From NCBI GenBank assembly GCA_037439545.1, contig JBBIVV010000023.1, positions 1 to 33,595 on the forward strand: a stretch of 33,595 nt of DNA. The letters are read 5' to 3'. This stretch comes from a bacterium (GTDB taxonomy: Bacteria; JAMCPX01). The notes beneath the pieces are model-generated. The model saw only the letters and a program-made list of their open reading frames with translations. It was not told the DNA's origin and did no database searches. Position numbers and translations under genes: made by a program. Below are positions 1 through 8,908 of the stretch, in pieces (the stretch's first letter is position 1; the number at the start of each line of letters is the position of its first letter).

Positions 1-603
1 CTGAATTACACCGGCTGAGACAGGATTTACCCATTTTATCTCTTTATCGAGGAGAGCGTAATCAAACTCTGTTAAATACTTCGCTACGAGCAATGGTGCA
101 ATGCCGGCGGCCTTACTGTGTGCATCGAGTAAGGATTGCTTTATGTCCAGTCCATCTCTGAGCAGAAAAAAAATGTCCACGACGTCCTTCGGCAACAGCC
201 GGTCAACCAGCACAGTTAATTTATTCGCAAGGATGTTTTCCTTAGAGTCTCACGTGCCAAGGACGGAATGATTTATCAGCTTACCAATATGCGAAGGAAC
301 GTCATTTATTATTTCTATTTTCAGTTCTTCTCCTGTTACAAAAAGTCTGCAGAAACCCGAATCTTTCAACACAATCTTAAGATCAGGAAACAGGGATCCT
401 AATTGTTCGATCTGCCTTTCTATAATTCTCTCGAAATCGGGCCGGTCATTCACAAAATAATCGAGGTCATCCGAAAATCTGTGGTTATAGTAACCTCTTG
501 AAAGCGCCGTGCCGCCGGTAAGGTAGAATGGAGAGCCCCTGAATAGGGATATTACCTTATCCTGTATAGGATAAAGGACCTTAGTGTAATATTCTGCAAG
601 CAA
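1..603 (-). pseudogene. AbiEii/AbiGii-family nucleotidyltransferase (type IV TA toxin-like), interrupted by an in-frame TGA at 250-252; runs off the left edge
   Basis: N-terminal motifs LTGGTAL and HRFSDDLD. After the TGA the same frame stays open to position 1 and reads DSKENILANKLTVLVDRLLPKDVVDIFFL, the typical C-terminal ANK...R...KD..D motif. Confidence 0.85.
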
Positions 604-871
604 AGTCCATGCCTTCTTTAATAGATTTGACCCTTACATATCGTTTTGCTGCGTCCCACAGCGTACAGAGCCTCTCAGGCTCGACAACCTTAACAATATC
701 ATACCAATTCATGCTTTCCAACATCCTTGCCACGCAGAATGCCCTGTTAGGCCAGGTACGGTCGCTCCTGCCTTCTATGATATCAAGAAATTCATCCGGC
801 GTAAGGTTCAGATCCCAGAGGCACTGCCGAAGTATACTTTCCTGTTCTTTCGTTAACAATCTTTTATCCAT
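581..871 (-). CDS. Small helical protein, probable cognate antitoxin of the AbiEii-like gene
   Basis: 96 aa from ATG 871 (ORF track starts at TTG 889). Contains CLWD and overlaps the toxin start, as in two-gene AbiE-type modules. Confidence 0.65.
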   Translation of the reverse strand: MDKRLLTKEQESILRQCLWDLNLTPDEFLDIIEGRSDRTWPNRAFCVARMLESMNWYDIVKVVEPERLCTLWDAAKRYVRVKSIKEGMDFACRILH

Positions 872-992
872 ATACTCTTTATAACTCAAAACATTGAATA
901 GTCAAAGATAGGGAGAATAATCGGGGGCGTGTCTCCACATTTGAAAACAGCACGCGCGTCTTGTTTGTTTTATCAACATCGCTCATCAGGGT

Positions 993-1025
993 TACGGGGA
1001 AGTTTCTACTTCCCTGTATATTTTT
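993..1025 (+). terminator. Hairpin with + strand T-tract
   Basis: TACGGGGAAGT-TTCT-ACTTCCCTGTA followed by TATTTTT. Confidence 0.4.
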
Positions 1026-1093
1026 CTAACGTCAAACTTTTAACTACTATGCCCCGTTTTGTCCCTATTCATGAGGCTCTGTGGGCGATCCGT

Positions 1094-1357
1094 TCATTCA
1101 TAATGCGTCCATAATCTCAAGACTTTTACAATGTGCTCTTTTTCGAGTACCTCATACACAACCCTATGACGAATATTTATTCTGCGGGAATAGAAACCTT
1201 TTAGATCGCCGACAAGTTTTTCGTATGAAGGGGGATTCATAAAAGGATCCATCTCAAGAATATCGAGAATCTCGTCGGATTTATCTTTCAGGCCGGAATG
1301 AGCTAATTTCTTGGTATCTTTCTTTGATTGCGTAGTGAATACGAGCTTCCACTTCAC
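1094..1357 (-). CDS. yoeB: Txe/YoeB-family mRNA interferase toxin
   Basis: YEKLVGDLKGFYSRRINIRHRVVY...LWTHYE. GTG start overlaps the antitoxin stop (GTGA). Confidence 0.95.
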   Translation of the reverse strand: MKWKLVFTTQSKKDTKKLAHSGLKDKSDEILDILEMDPFMNPPSYEKLVGDLKGFYSRRINIRHRVVYEVLEKEHIVKVLRLWTHYE

Positions 1358-1602
1358 CACGGTAGTTTGTTTCTTGTTGAGCACTTTTCAACAGGTGTCT
1401 GATGTCCCTTTATTAGAGATTCGCGCATACCTCGTATGGAAAGAAGATAGAGTGTTTCTTCGATGGCACGCCAATCGTCTTCACCTACAACGACATTGTT
1501 GGTATGCTTACCAGTCACCATTAGTGGTGCATGGGATTGTGACACTTCTGCAAATAGTTTAAACCAGTGCTTACGTGCCTCTGTGATGGTTACCGTCTTC
1601 AT
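1354..1602 (-). CDS. yefM: Phd/YefM-family antitoxin
   Basis: MKTVTITEARKH...DWRAIEETLYLLSIRGMRESL; directly upstream of yoeB; GGAG Shine-Dalgarno. Confidence 0.95.
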   Translation of the reverse strand: MKTVTITEARKHWFKLFAEVSQSHAPLMVTGKHTNNVVVGEDDWRAIEETLYLLSIRGMRESLIKGHQTPVEKCSTRNKLPW

Positions 1603-1618
1603 ATTTTGTCTCCTCTAT

Positions 1619-1648
1619 TAAGATACGTTGTTGCGTATCTTATGTCAA
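1619..1648 (-). promoter_or_regulatory. Sigma70 promoter of yefM-yoeB with overlapping palindromic operator
   Basis: Minus strand TTGACA-N17-TATCTT. A perfect inverted repeat TAAGATACG-N6-CGTATCTTA (1619-1642) covers the spacer and -10. Confidence 0.85.
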
Positions 1649-1823
1649 GAGGAACAAATGAGCATCTCGATGTCTACTGTCATCTTCCTTTCGGTAGGAA
1701 CAAGGGGTTTGCCCTGAGGAACTGCGGGGTCAGAGAAGACCTGCACATTACACAATTTTCGACTTATTGCAAAGAAAGACAGACACTGATTGTTTGATCC
1801 ATGGATTATGATATGTATTCAAT

Positions 1824-2195
1824 ATGGATATTGTATATTCCATCAAAAAAGTTATAGAAAAGGATGAACGGATTATTTTTGCTTATTTATACGGATCTAT
1901 CCTTGAAAATAAAACATACCGCGATATTGATATAGGCATTTATCTTGCCGAAGGATATGACTTTTTTCGTACCTCAAGTGATCTCCAGATAGCTTTGTTT
2001 CATGAAACAGGCATTTCACCCGACTTGTTCGATATTCAGGTAATCAACAATGCCTCCAGCCTTATTTATTTGCAGCGTGTATTAAACGGCAAACTCTTGG
2101 TGGATAAGAACCGCGATGTACGGGGCGATTTCATCGAGTCTTTTTCGATGAACTATAGGGAATCGGAGGGTATTTTAAGCGAGGCTTATTCATGA
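1824..2195 (+). CDS. Minimal nucleotidyltransferase (MNT/MntA-type antitoxin)
   Basis: FAYLYGS...RDIDIGIY (GS + DxD); 123 aa; DIQVIN. Confidence 0.9.
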   Translation: MDIVYSIKKVIEKDERIIFAYLYGSILENKTYRDIDIGIYLAEGYDFFRTSSDLQIALFHETGISPDLFDIQVINNASSLIYLQRVLNGKLLVDKNRDVRGDFIESFSMNYRESEGILSEAYS

Positions 2196-2373
2196 ACACA
2201 GATCAAAAGCGTATCTAAGAAAACTCTATGAAATCAAAAGAAACGGCGATGAGCTTGCGGGAATACTCGAACAGTACCAAGACGATACGATACTAAGCGA
2301 TCATCTTATTATAAAAGCGATCAAATATATTCTTGTCGTGCGCCTGTTAAGATTACCACTGGGTGACCTTTAA
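2192..2373 (+). pseudogene. HEPN (DUF86/HepT-like) toxin remnant, frameshifted and truncated
   Basis: ATG overlaps the MNT stop (ATGA). MNTDQKRI then TAA; a shifted frame continues LRKLYEIKRNGDELAGILEQYQDDTILSDHLIIKAIKYILV and ends before any RxxxxH motif. Confidence 0.65.
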
Positions 2374-2512
2374 TGGCATTCTTAATAAGATCAGCTTTCC
2401 ATCGCGGTCTGTATAGTAAACTATTATGTTATGAAAAAGTCAACATTATAAGCTTGCCTTTATAACCCCTTCATTATATAGAGCTCTTTATTAAAGAAAA
2501 AAGGATAACAGT

Positions 2513-3538
2513 ATGAAAACCGCACTCATTACCGGCATTACAGGTCAGGACGGGGCGTATCTCGTCAAACTGCTTTTGGAAAAGGGCTACAGGGTATACG
2601 GCTCGTACAGAAGGTTGAGTATGCCTAACTTCTGGAGGCTCGAAGAACTCGGGATTAAGAACCATTTAAGGTTTGTAGAGATGGACCTTCATGATACCGG
2701 AAACATCATAAGAGTTCTGGAAAAGATAGAACCTGATGAGGTTTATAACCTTGCTGCACAGAGTTTTGTTGCCGTATCGTTCGAGGAACCGATACTTACC
2801 GGAGAGGTTACGGCACTCGGCACTGCCAGGATCCTCGAGGCAATCAGGATAGTTGACCCTAAAATAAAGTTTTACCAGGCATCATCTTCAGAAATGTTCG
2901 GAAAGGTGCAGGAAACACCGCAAAACGAAAAGACACCTTTTTATCCAAGGAGTCCCTATGCAGCAGCAAAGCTTTATGCCCACTGGATGACCATAAACTA
3001 CAGAGAGGCTTACCATATATTTGCCTGCTCGGGTATACTGTTCAACCATGAATCTCCCTTGCGGGGTATTGAATTCGTTACAAGGAAGATTACGGATGGA
3101 GCGGCAAGAATAAAATACGGGTTACTGAAGGGGTTGGAACTTGGGACACTGGACGCTTCCCGGGACTGGGGATATGCCCCTGAATACGTTGAATCTATGT
3201 GGCTTATGCTTCAGCAGAAAAAACCCGATAATTATGTCGTAGCCACAGGGAGAAACAGTAGTGTAAGAGATTTTGTTACCCATGCATTTGAATACGCTGG
3301 ATTCAGGCTCGAGTGGCAGGGCAAAGGTTGCAAGGAAGTCGCCAGAGATAAAAAAAACGGGAAGGTCCTTGTGAGAAGTGCAAAAAGATTTTACAGGCCT
3401 GCCGAGGTAAATGAGCTTCTTGGTGACTACGCCAAGGCAAAAAAGGTACTTGGCTGGAACCCCGGGACCGGATTTAAGAAGCTTGTCGAGATTATGACAG
3501 AGGCTGACCTGAGAAGAGTATCTTTGTTAAAAAAATAA
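2513..3538 (+). CDS. gmd: GDP-mannose 4,6-dehydratase
   Basis: [42 protein letters not shown]. Confidence 0.97.
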   Translation: MKTALITGITGQDGAYLVKLLLEKGYRVYGSYRRLSMPNFWRLEELGIKNHLRFVEMDLHDTGNIIRVLEKIEPDEVYNLAAQSFVAVSFEEPILTGEVTALGTARILEAIRIVDPKIKFYQASSSEMFGKVQETPQNEKTPFYPRSPYAAAKLYAHWMTINYREAYHIFACSGILFNHESPLRGIEFVTRKITDGAARIKYGLLKGLELGTLDASRDWGYAPEYVESMWLMLQQKKPDNYVVATGRNSSVRDFVTHAFEYAGFRLEWQGKGCKEVARDKKNGKVLVRSAKRFYRPAEVNELLGDYAKAKKVLGWNPGTGFKKLVEIMTEADLRRVSLLKK

Positions 3539-3544
3539 CTTTTT

Positions 3545-3792
3545 TTAACCCGAAAAATGCATTTGTAAATAGGGGAGTTTGAGCAATGAGCGAGGGGTAC
3601 CCACCCGAGAGGGAAGGGTCGCTGCGTCAAACGAAGGTATTCTTCGAATATCCGCAGACCTACTGCAACTGGTGTGTGCATATAAACTTACATAGGAGTT
3701 GAAAATCATTTATAACAAACTCCCCTTATATCTAAGGTGGATCGCAGGATTGAGCGAATGAACAAACTTCCCTATTGCATTTTTCAGGTTAA
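3545..3792. mobile_element. MITE-like element, family A, long (248 bp) form with nested inverted repeats
   Basis: Ends TTAACCCGAAAAATGCA / TGCATTTTTCAGGTTAA. Both ends match the 76-bp copy at 23137-23212 (opposite orientation). Internal IR AGGGGAGTTTG (3571-3581) / CAAACTCCCCT (3716-3726). Confidence 0.8.
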
Positions 3793-3813
3793 TAGGATGA
3801 ATTCAACAGCGGT

Positions 3814-5790
3814 TTAGAGGGTTATGAAAGCGTCTGCAAGCGGTTTTATGGAACCGTCTTTTGTTAACAGGAGGACCTGTGTTTCTTTTGAAAATGATTT
3901 TATAATAGTATAAGCAGACTGCCTGTTTGATTCATCAATTATTGCAAATGGTTCATCCATAACGACGGGCCAGGGCCATTTTTCAGCAGCAAGCTCGATC
4001 ATGGACAGGAATATTGAAAACATGCATTTTTCTTTTGCAGAGCCTGACAGGTTATCGAAGGCAAGCTCTTTGCCCGAGGACTGAATGAGAGCAATCTTAT
4101 TGCCGGGCAGTGATATTTCCTGAAAAGCCCCTTTCGTCAATGTGCTGAAATAACTGCTTGCCTTTGTTGAAACAAGTGAAACAATACGCTCTCTGCTGTC
4201 ACCGATAAGTTCCGCCATTGTCGTAAGATACTTTGTATACAAAGGGACTGGTGCGGCTTGTGTGTCTGCATGCTTTTGCTGAGATGATTTCCGTATCACC
4301 GGCTCTTTTTTCTGAGGAGCAAAATCGGCATCCTTCTCCTTCAGCCTTTTTTTAAATGATTCTATCTCCTGTGTTATCGCATACTGGTCCATGCCCGAGC
4401 CTGTCATTGCCCTGAGCTGTTCCTGGACATTCTCTATCTCAGATTTTACCTGTTCTTCCTGCTTTTTTAGAAGTTCAGGGTTCGCTTCAGTAACACTCTC
4501 GTTGTATTTTTTCTTGGCAGATGCAAACTGGTCAAGCACCTCCCTGTATTTCTTTAAACCTTCTTTTAATGTTAACGGCGATTCGAGATTCATAGAAGTG
4601 ATAATACTCATTATTACAGAGCCCTCTATCTCATACTTTTTTCGTTGTTCTTTTATCTGTTTTTCAAGAGCGGAAACCGTTGACTGCATCTTTTTAATCC
4701 CGGACCTTTTGTTTGCATCGTTCCAAAGCGCATAGACCATCATACCCAGCCCTGCAAATATCCCTGCCGACAAATAAATTCCCCATGAACCGAGGAATAT
4801 CGAGAGAAGTATGGGAACTACGATGAACAGGAACGAGACGGCCCCTCCTGCAATGAACAGCTTGTCTCTGTAAAAGGGAGGAATGGTGACATTGATTTCC
4901 GTATACTGGGATCTCTGCCTCTCGATGTTCTCTATTTCTTTTTTCATTCTTGCCTCGAATTGGACATACTCGTCTACTTTTTTCTCTATATCCTCCGGAA
5001 GATCGGAGAATTTGTTGAGTTCATTGACCTGTTTTTCCATGGCATCAGATTCAATCGCACAGGTTTTGATCGTATTGAGTTTATTCTGGATGTCCGTAAG
5101 CCTCGATTCAAGCTGATCAAGCTTATCTTGCTGGGCTGCCGCACCTGCGGACAACTTAAGATCGTTTTCAAGTTTTGCTATCTGTGTCTGGATTTCTTCC
5201 TTTGTCATATTGTCCTGCTGAACATTCTCATCCGATCCGAAAGATGCCGGTCCAAAATCATCAAATTGCCCCGGCTTCTGGCCCAAAAAGTCTTCCGGAC
5301 TGCTCTCCAAAGTAAATGGCTCCGGGCTTTCATTTTCCCGCACGGGTCCCTGAGTATATGGATTAAGGAGTGCATACGAATTCAGCATGTACAGCGCCTT
5401 ATACTGTTCCAGCGGTTTAAAGAGAAGATCCCTTCTGAGGAAATCCTTTATTTCATTGACATCCTTTGAAACCGTATCAAACTTTTTACCTTCCTGATTA
5501 TACTTTGAGAGTAAAACTGCATCAGATGCAACATCCATGAGCAGTCTGAAGGTATCGGGGCCTTCCTGAAAGGTGACCCCGAGTCTGATATCTTTTGAAG
5601 TCTGACTTTTTAGGTTGGTTTTTTGGTCTTTGTCCTGTGTAAGAGAGAGAAGAAAAAAAATGGCATCAGACACAGTCGTCTTGCCCTTTTCATTGGAGCC
5701 GTAAAATATATTCAACCCGTCCTGGAGCTGAAATTTTACAGGTTCTTTAAATCTTTTTATACCCTGTAGAATTAATTCCTTTATTTTCAT
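3814..5790 (-). CDS. SbcC/SMC-superfamily (YhaN-like) coiled-coil ATPase with central transmembrane hairpin
   Basis: Walker A GSNEKGKTT, signature LSGS, Walker B VVMDEP, long coiled coils, hydrophobic LFIAGGAVSFLFIVVPILLSIFLGSWGIYLSAGIFAGLGMMVYALW. Confidence 0.85.
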   Translation of the reverse strand: MKIKELILQGIKRFKEPVKFQLQDGLNIFYGSNEKGKTTVSDAIFFLLSLTQDKDQKTNLKSQTSKDIRLGVTFQEGPDTFRLLMDVASDAVLLSKYNQEGKKFDTVSKDVNEIKDFLRRDLLFKPLEQYKALYMLNSYALLNPYTQGPVRENESPEPFTLESSPEDFLGQKPGQFDDFGPASFGSDENVQQDNMTKEEIQTQIAKLENDLKLSAGAAAQQDKLDQLESRLTDIQNKLNTIKTCAIESDAMEKQVNELNKFSDLPEDIEKKVDEYVQFEARMKKEIENIERQRSQYTEINVTIPPFYRDKLFIAGGAVSFLFIVVPILLSIFLGSWGIYLSAGIFAGLGMMVYALWNDANKRSGIKKMQSTVSALEKQIKEQRKKYEIEGSVIMSIITSMNLESPLTLKEGLKKYREVLDQFASAKKKYNESVTEANPELLKKQEEQVKSEIENVQEQLRAMTGSGMDQYAITQEIESFKKRLKEKDADFAPQKKEPVIRKSSQQKHADTQAAPVPLYTKYLTTMAELIGDSRERIVSLVSTKASSYFSTLTKGAFQEISLPGNKIALIQSSGKELAFDNLSGSAKEKCMFSIFLSMIELAAEKWPWPVVMDEPFAIIDESNRQSAYTIIKSFSKETQVLLLTKDGSIKPLADAFITL

Positions 5791-5795
5791 GCCTG

Positions 5796-6197
5796 TTATG
5801 CATTCTCGCCCGGAATTGGTGGGGTTGTTTCCTGCATCAGGTCTTTTGTTTCTTTGACCCTCTTTAACCGGCTTGATTTCGTGCTCAGCCCTCTGAGGTA
5901 GTAAAGCTTTGCCCTTTTAACCTTCATTCGCTGTACAACCTCTATCTTCTCTATTGCCGGTGCATACAGGGGAAAGATCCTTTCAACGCCTACTCCGTAC
6001 GATACTTTTCGTATAGTAAAATTCGTATTCATACCCCCGCCGCTTATACCTATTACAACACCCTCAAATTGCTGGACTCTGGTTTTATCCCCTTCCTTGT
6101 ACTTGGTATAAACCTTTATGGTATCGCCAGCTTTAAAATCTATCCGTTTTTTTTCTGAGCCTGTCAGCTCCTTTTCTAAAAAGGTAAGACTATTCAT
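5796..6197 (-). CDS. rplS: 50S ribosomal protein L19
   Basis: FKAGDT...[10 protein letters not shown]...[14 protein letters not shown]...[16 protein letters not shown] before ATG 6197. Confidence 0.97.
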   Translation of the reverse strand: MNSLTFLEKELTGSEKKRIDFKAGDTIKVYTKYKEGDKTRVQQFEGVVIGISGGGMNTNFTIRKVSYGVGVERIFPLYAPAIEKIEVVQRMKVKRAKLYYLRGLSTKSSRLKRVKETKDLMQETTPPIPGENA

Positions 6198-6207
6198 GTT
6201 TTTCCTC

Positions 6208-6942
6208 CTAATTTCTTTTTTCTGTTGGTTCAATAACGCTCACTATGTGCCGATCCTTTGCGGTTGATGCCAATAGGTCAGGTCTTCTCCGGGCGGTTAT
6301 TTCTCTTGATTGTTTCATACGCCACTCTTGTATTTTTTTATGGTTGCCCGACAATAATACCTCCGGTACTGAGTGGCCTTCAAATTCCCTCGGTTTGGTA
6401 TACTGCTGATACTCGAGCAGTCCGTTCTCATAAGACTCATCGGCGATAGATTTGCTGTTCCCTACAAAACCAGGCATAAGTCTCGATACAGCCTCCATAA
6501 AGACGAGCGCCGCTGATTCTCCCCCTGAAAGGATATAATCGCCAATGGAAATTTCTTCATCTGCATAAAACGCCGAGACTCTTTCATCTATACCTTCATA
6601 TCTGCCGCAGACCAGTATATATTTCGTATACGCCGAATACGCTTTTGCCGTACTCTGATCAAACTTTCGGCCTCTCGGAGAAAAAACAATCACCCGGTAA
6701 TTGTTTTCAGCCGCCTTTGCATATTTAATCGCAGACACTATGGGCTCGGGTTTCATAACCATGCCTGCACCGCCCCCATAAGGAGTATCATCAACTGTTT
6801 TATACTTATCATTTGTAAAATCTCTTATATCTATGACATCTATCATTATATCGCCTCTGTCTATGGCACCTTTCATCAGGCCATCCATAAATGGCGATAC
6901 AAAGTATTTTGGGAATATACTCAGGATCTTAAATTTAAGCAT
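6208..6942 (-). CDS. trmD: tRNA (guanine37-N1)-methyltransferase
   Basis: [35 protein letters not shown]. Confidence 0.98.
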   Translation of the reverse strand: MLKFKILSIFPKYFVSPFMDGLMKGAIDRGDIMIDVIDIRDFTNDKYKTVDDTPYGGGAGMVMKPEPIVSAIKYAKAAENNYRVIVFSPRGRKFDQSTAKAYSAYTKYILVCGRYEGIDERVSAFYADEEISIGDYILSGGESAALVFMEAVSRLMPGFVGNSKSIADESYENGLLEYQQYTKPREFEGHSVPEVLLSGNHKKIQEWRMKQSREITARRRPDLLASTAKDRHIVSVIEPTEKRN

Positions 6943-6993
6943 GCTATTTTATCCAGATTGACAAGATTCAAGATTGTTCGAACAGCTTACCGA

Positions 6994-7224
6994 TCAATTC
7001 ACTATTTCCAGCACAAACCTTTTCTTCAGCTTGTTTCCCGCAGCGCTCAGGATCGTTCTTATTGCTTTTGCCGTTCTTCCCTCTCTCCCTATGACCTTTC
7101 CCATATCTTCTTTTTCAACCTTAAGCTCGATGACAGATGTATGCTCGCTCTCAATCATTTTAACCTGGACATTATCCGGCTTGTCCACAAGTTGCTTTGC
7201 TATACTTTCTACCAGATCCTTCAT
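6994..7224 (-). CDS. khpA: KH-domain RNA-binding protein (KhpA/YlqC)
   Basis: [17 protein letters not shown]; located after rpsP. Confidence 0.95.
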   Translation of the reverse strand: MKDLVESIAKQLVDKPDNVQVKMIESEHTSVIELKVEKEDMGKVIGREGRTAKAIRTILSAAGNKLKKRFVLEIVN

Positions 7225-7245
7225 AACCTGCCTCCCCTTATACGC

Positions 7246-7485
7246 TTATACGATCTTCTGGGCCTCCAGTAAAGTTTTAACTTTCGGTGAAAGCTGCGCA
7301 CCTTTCCCTATCCATGCCTTTATCTTATCAGCATCGACTTGCAGTGTATAGGGTTTTGTTTTTGGGCTGAAATTACCGAGTACATCAAGCACCCTCCCTC
7401 CCGCAGTATAGCGGGCATCTTCAACCACTATTCTGTACTGCTGAATGTGTTTCCTGCCAAATTTTTTAAGTCTTATCGCTACCAT
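7246..7485 (-). CDS. rpsP: 30S ribosomal protein S16
   Basis: MVAIRLKKFG...YRIVV...WIGKGAQLS. Confidence 0.95.
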   Translation of the reverse strand: MVAIRLKKFGRKHIQQYRIVVEDARYTAGGRVLDVLGNFSPKTKPYTLQVDADKIKAWIGKGAQLSPKVKTLLEAQKIV

Positions 7486-7500
7486 TCTTTTCCTCCATAC

Positions 7501-8817
7501 TTATTGCATGTATTTTTGTATACCTTTTATACCAGTTTTTTTAATAATGTCCATCATCCTTTGAGCTTCATAAAAACGCTTTACAAGCCTGTTAACCTCT
7601 TCAACCTTTGTACCGCTGCCTTTTGCTATTCTCTGCTTTCTGCTGCCGTTCAGGACATCCGGATTATTCCTTTCCCGGTCGGTCATCGAATTTATTATCG
7701 CTTCATACCTCTTTAAATCATTTTTCACGTCCTCTGTTTTGGCAATACCCTTGAGTTTGCCCGCCCCTGGCAGCATGCCCAGCAGTGATTCGATGGAACC
7801 AAGCCTTTTGATCATCCTGAGCTGCTTTATAAAATCCTGAAAGGTGAATTTCCCCCTGCTGATTTGTTTTGCCTGCTCGATATCACTTTCAGTTACCGCT
7901 TCGGAAACCTTCTCAGCAAGATCTTCCATGACTCCGCTGCCGATGATCCTCGATACAAGCCTCTCCGGATCGAACGGTTCCAGGGCAGAAACGGCCTCTC
8001 CGGTTCCCATGAAGAATATCGGTTTGTTGATTGTCTTTCTGAAAGAGATTACAGCTCCACCCCTTGAATCTCCTTCAAATTTCGTGAATATTGCACCGTC
8101 ATAACCGATACCGTTCACAAAACCATCCGCCATTTTCAGTACATCATGTCCCATCATTGAATCAATCACAAGGATGGTTGTTGAGGGTTTTAGCTCATCC
8201 TTAATATGTTTGACCTCACTCATGAGTCCATCGTCAATATGCAGTCTGCCTGCAGTATCGACGATTATGAAATCGCACCCCTGTCTTGCTGAAGTAAGAC
8301 GCAGGTCTTTCAGCCCTTCATAGCCCTTGCTTGAAATGTCCTCATTTACGGGGAATCCATTTGCCTTTGCAAGTGTTATGAGCTGTTCCTGTGCTGCCGG
8401 CCTCGTAAAATCAATGGACACCAGATAAGGCTTCAAACCCCTTTTGTCCTTCATGTATTTTGCAAGCTTGACTGCCGTAGTCGTTTTGCCTGTTCCCTGC
8501 AATCCGACCAGCATCATGACATCACCCGTGGTATTTATCCTTACCGGCGCAGCAGGACCCATTATATTTATCAATTCCGCTTTGAGTATACCGAGCAGGT
8601 ACCTGGATGGATCAATACTCCTCGACAGACCTTCACCCATAGCCTTTTGCTTCACATTGTCAATAAGTTCTTTTACTACTCTGTAATGAACATCTGCTTC
8701 AAGCAGGGCGATCCTTATATCTTTAAGGACAGCATCAATATCGCTTTCAGACAATATGCCCCTTTTCGATAGCTTATCAAAAAGTTTTGTAATCTTTTCC
8801 TGAATGAACTCAAACAT
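7501..8817 (-). CDS. ffh: Signal recognition particle protein Ffh
   Basis: ALLEADV, GLQGTGKTTT, DTAGRL, M-domain AIINSMT..ER...SRKQRIAKGSG. Confidence 0.97.
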   Translation of the reverse strand: MFEFIQEKITKLFDKLSKRGILSESDIDAVLKDIRIALLEADVHYRVVKELIDNVKQKAMGEGLSRSIDPSRYLLGILKAELINIMGPAAPVRINTTGDVMMLVGLQGTGKTTTAVKLAKYMKDKRGLKPYLVSIDFTRPAAQEQLITLAKANGFPVNEDISSKGYEGLKDLRLTSARQGCDFIIVDTAGRLHIDDGLMSEVKHIKDELKPSTTILVIDSMMGHDVLKMADGFVNGIGYDGAIFTKFEGDSRGGAVISFRKTINKPIFFMGTGEAVSALEPFDPERLVSRIIGSGVMEDLAEKVSEAVTESDIEQAKQISRGKFTFQDFIKQLRMIKRLGSIESLLGMLPGAGKLKGIAKTEDVKNDLKRYEAIINSMTDRERNNPDVLNGSRKQRIAKGSGTKVEEVNRLVKRFYEAQRMMDIIKKTGIKGIQKYMQ

Positions 8818-8908
8818 CAAAGCTCCATGTAATGAAACCTAATTAATATTTTACAAAAAATAGAATGTCAAGAACATAGGCAGTTATGTCCAATGCCCTC
8901 GATTTTTT

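Noticed and set aside
250..252. Selenocysteine or alternative genetic code at the in-frame TGA
   Set aside because: TGA terminates several intact genes in the window, the position is not a recognisable Cys site, and the small downstream hairpin does not look like a bacterial SECIS.
1567..1797. Short + strand ORFs at 1567-1797, 929-1114 and 609-884
   Set aside because: No recognisable motifs or start signals; they overlap promoters or real genes.
3545..3792. CRISPR array or protein-coding ORF (3427-3681) in this intergenic region
   Set aside because: The repeats are inverted and nested, not regularly spaced direct repeats. There are no cas genes, and the ORF simply crosses the element and gmd.
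3814..5790. Wadjet/Lamassu-type defence system built on the SMC-like ATPase
   Set aside because: No partner subunits or effector genes nearby; the gene is attached to a housekeeping operon.
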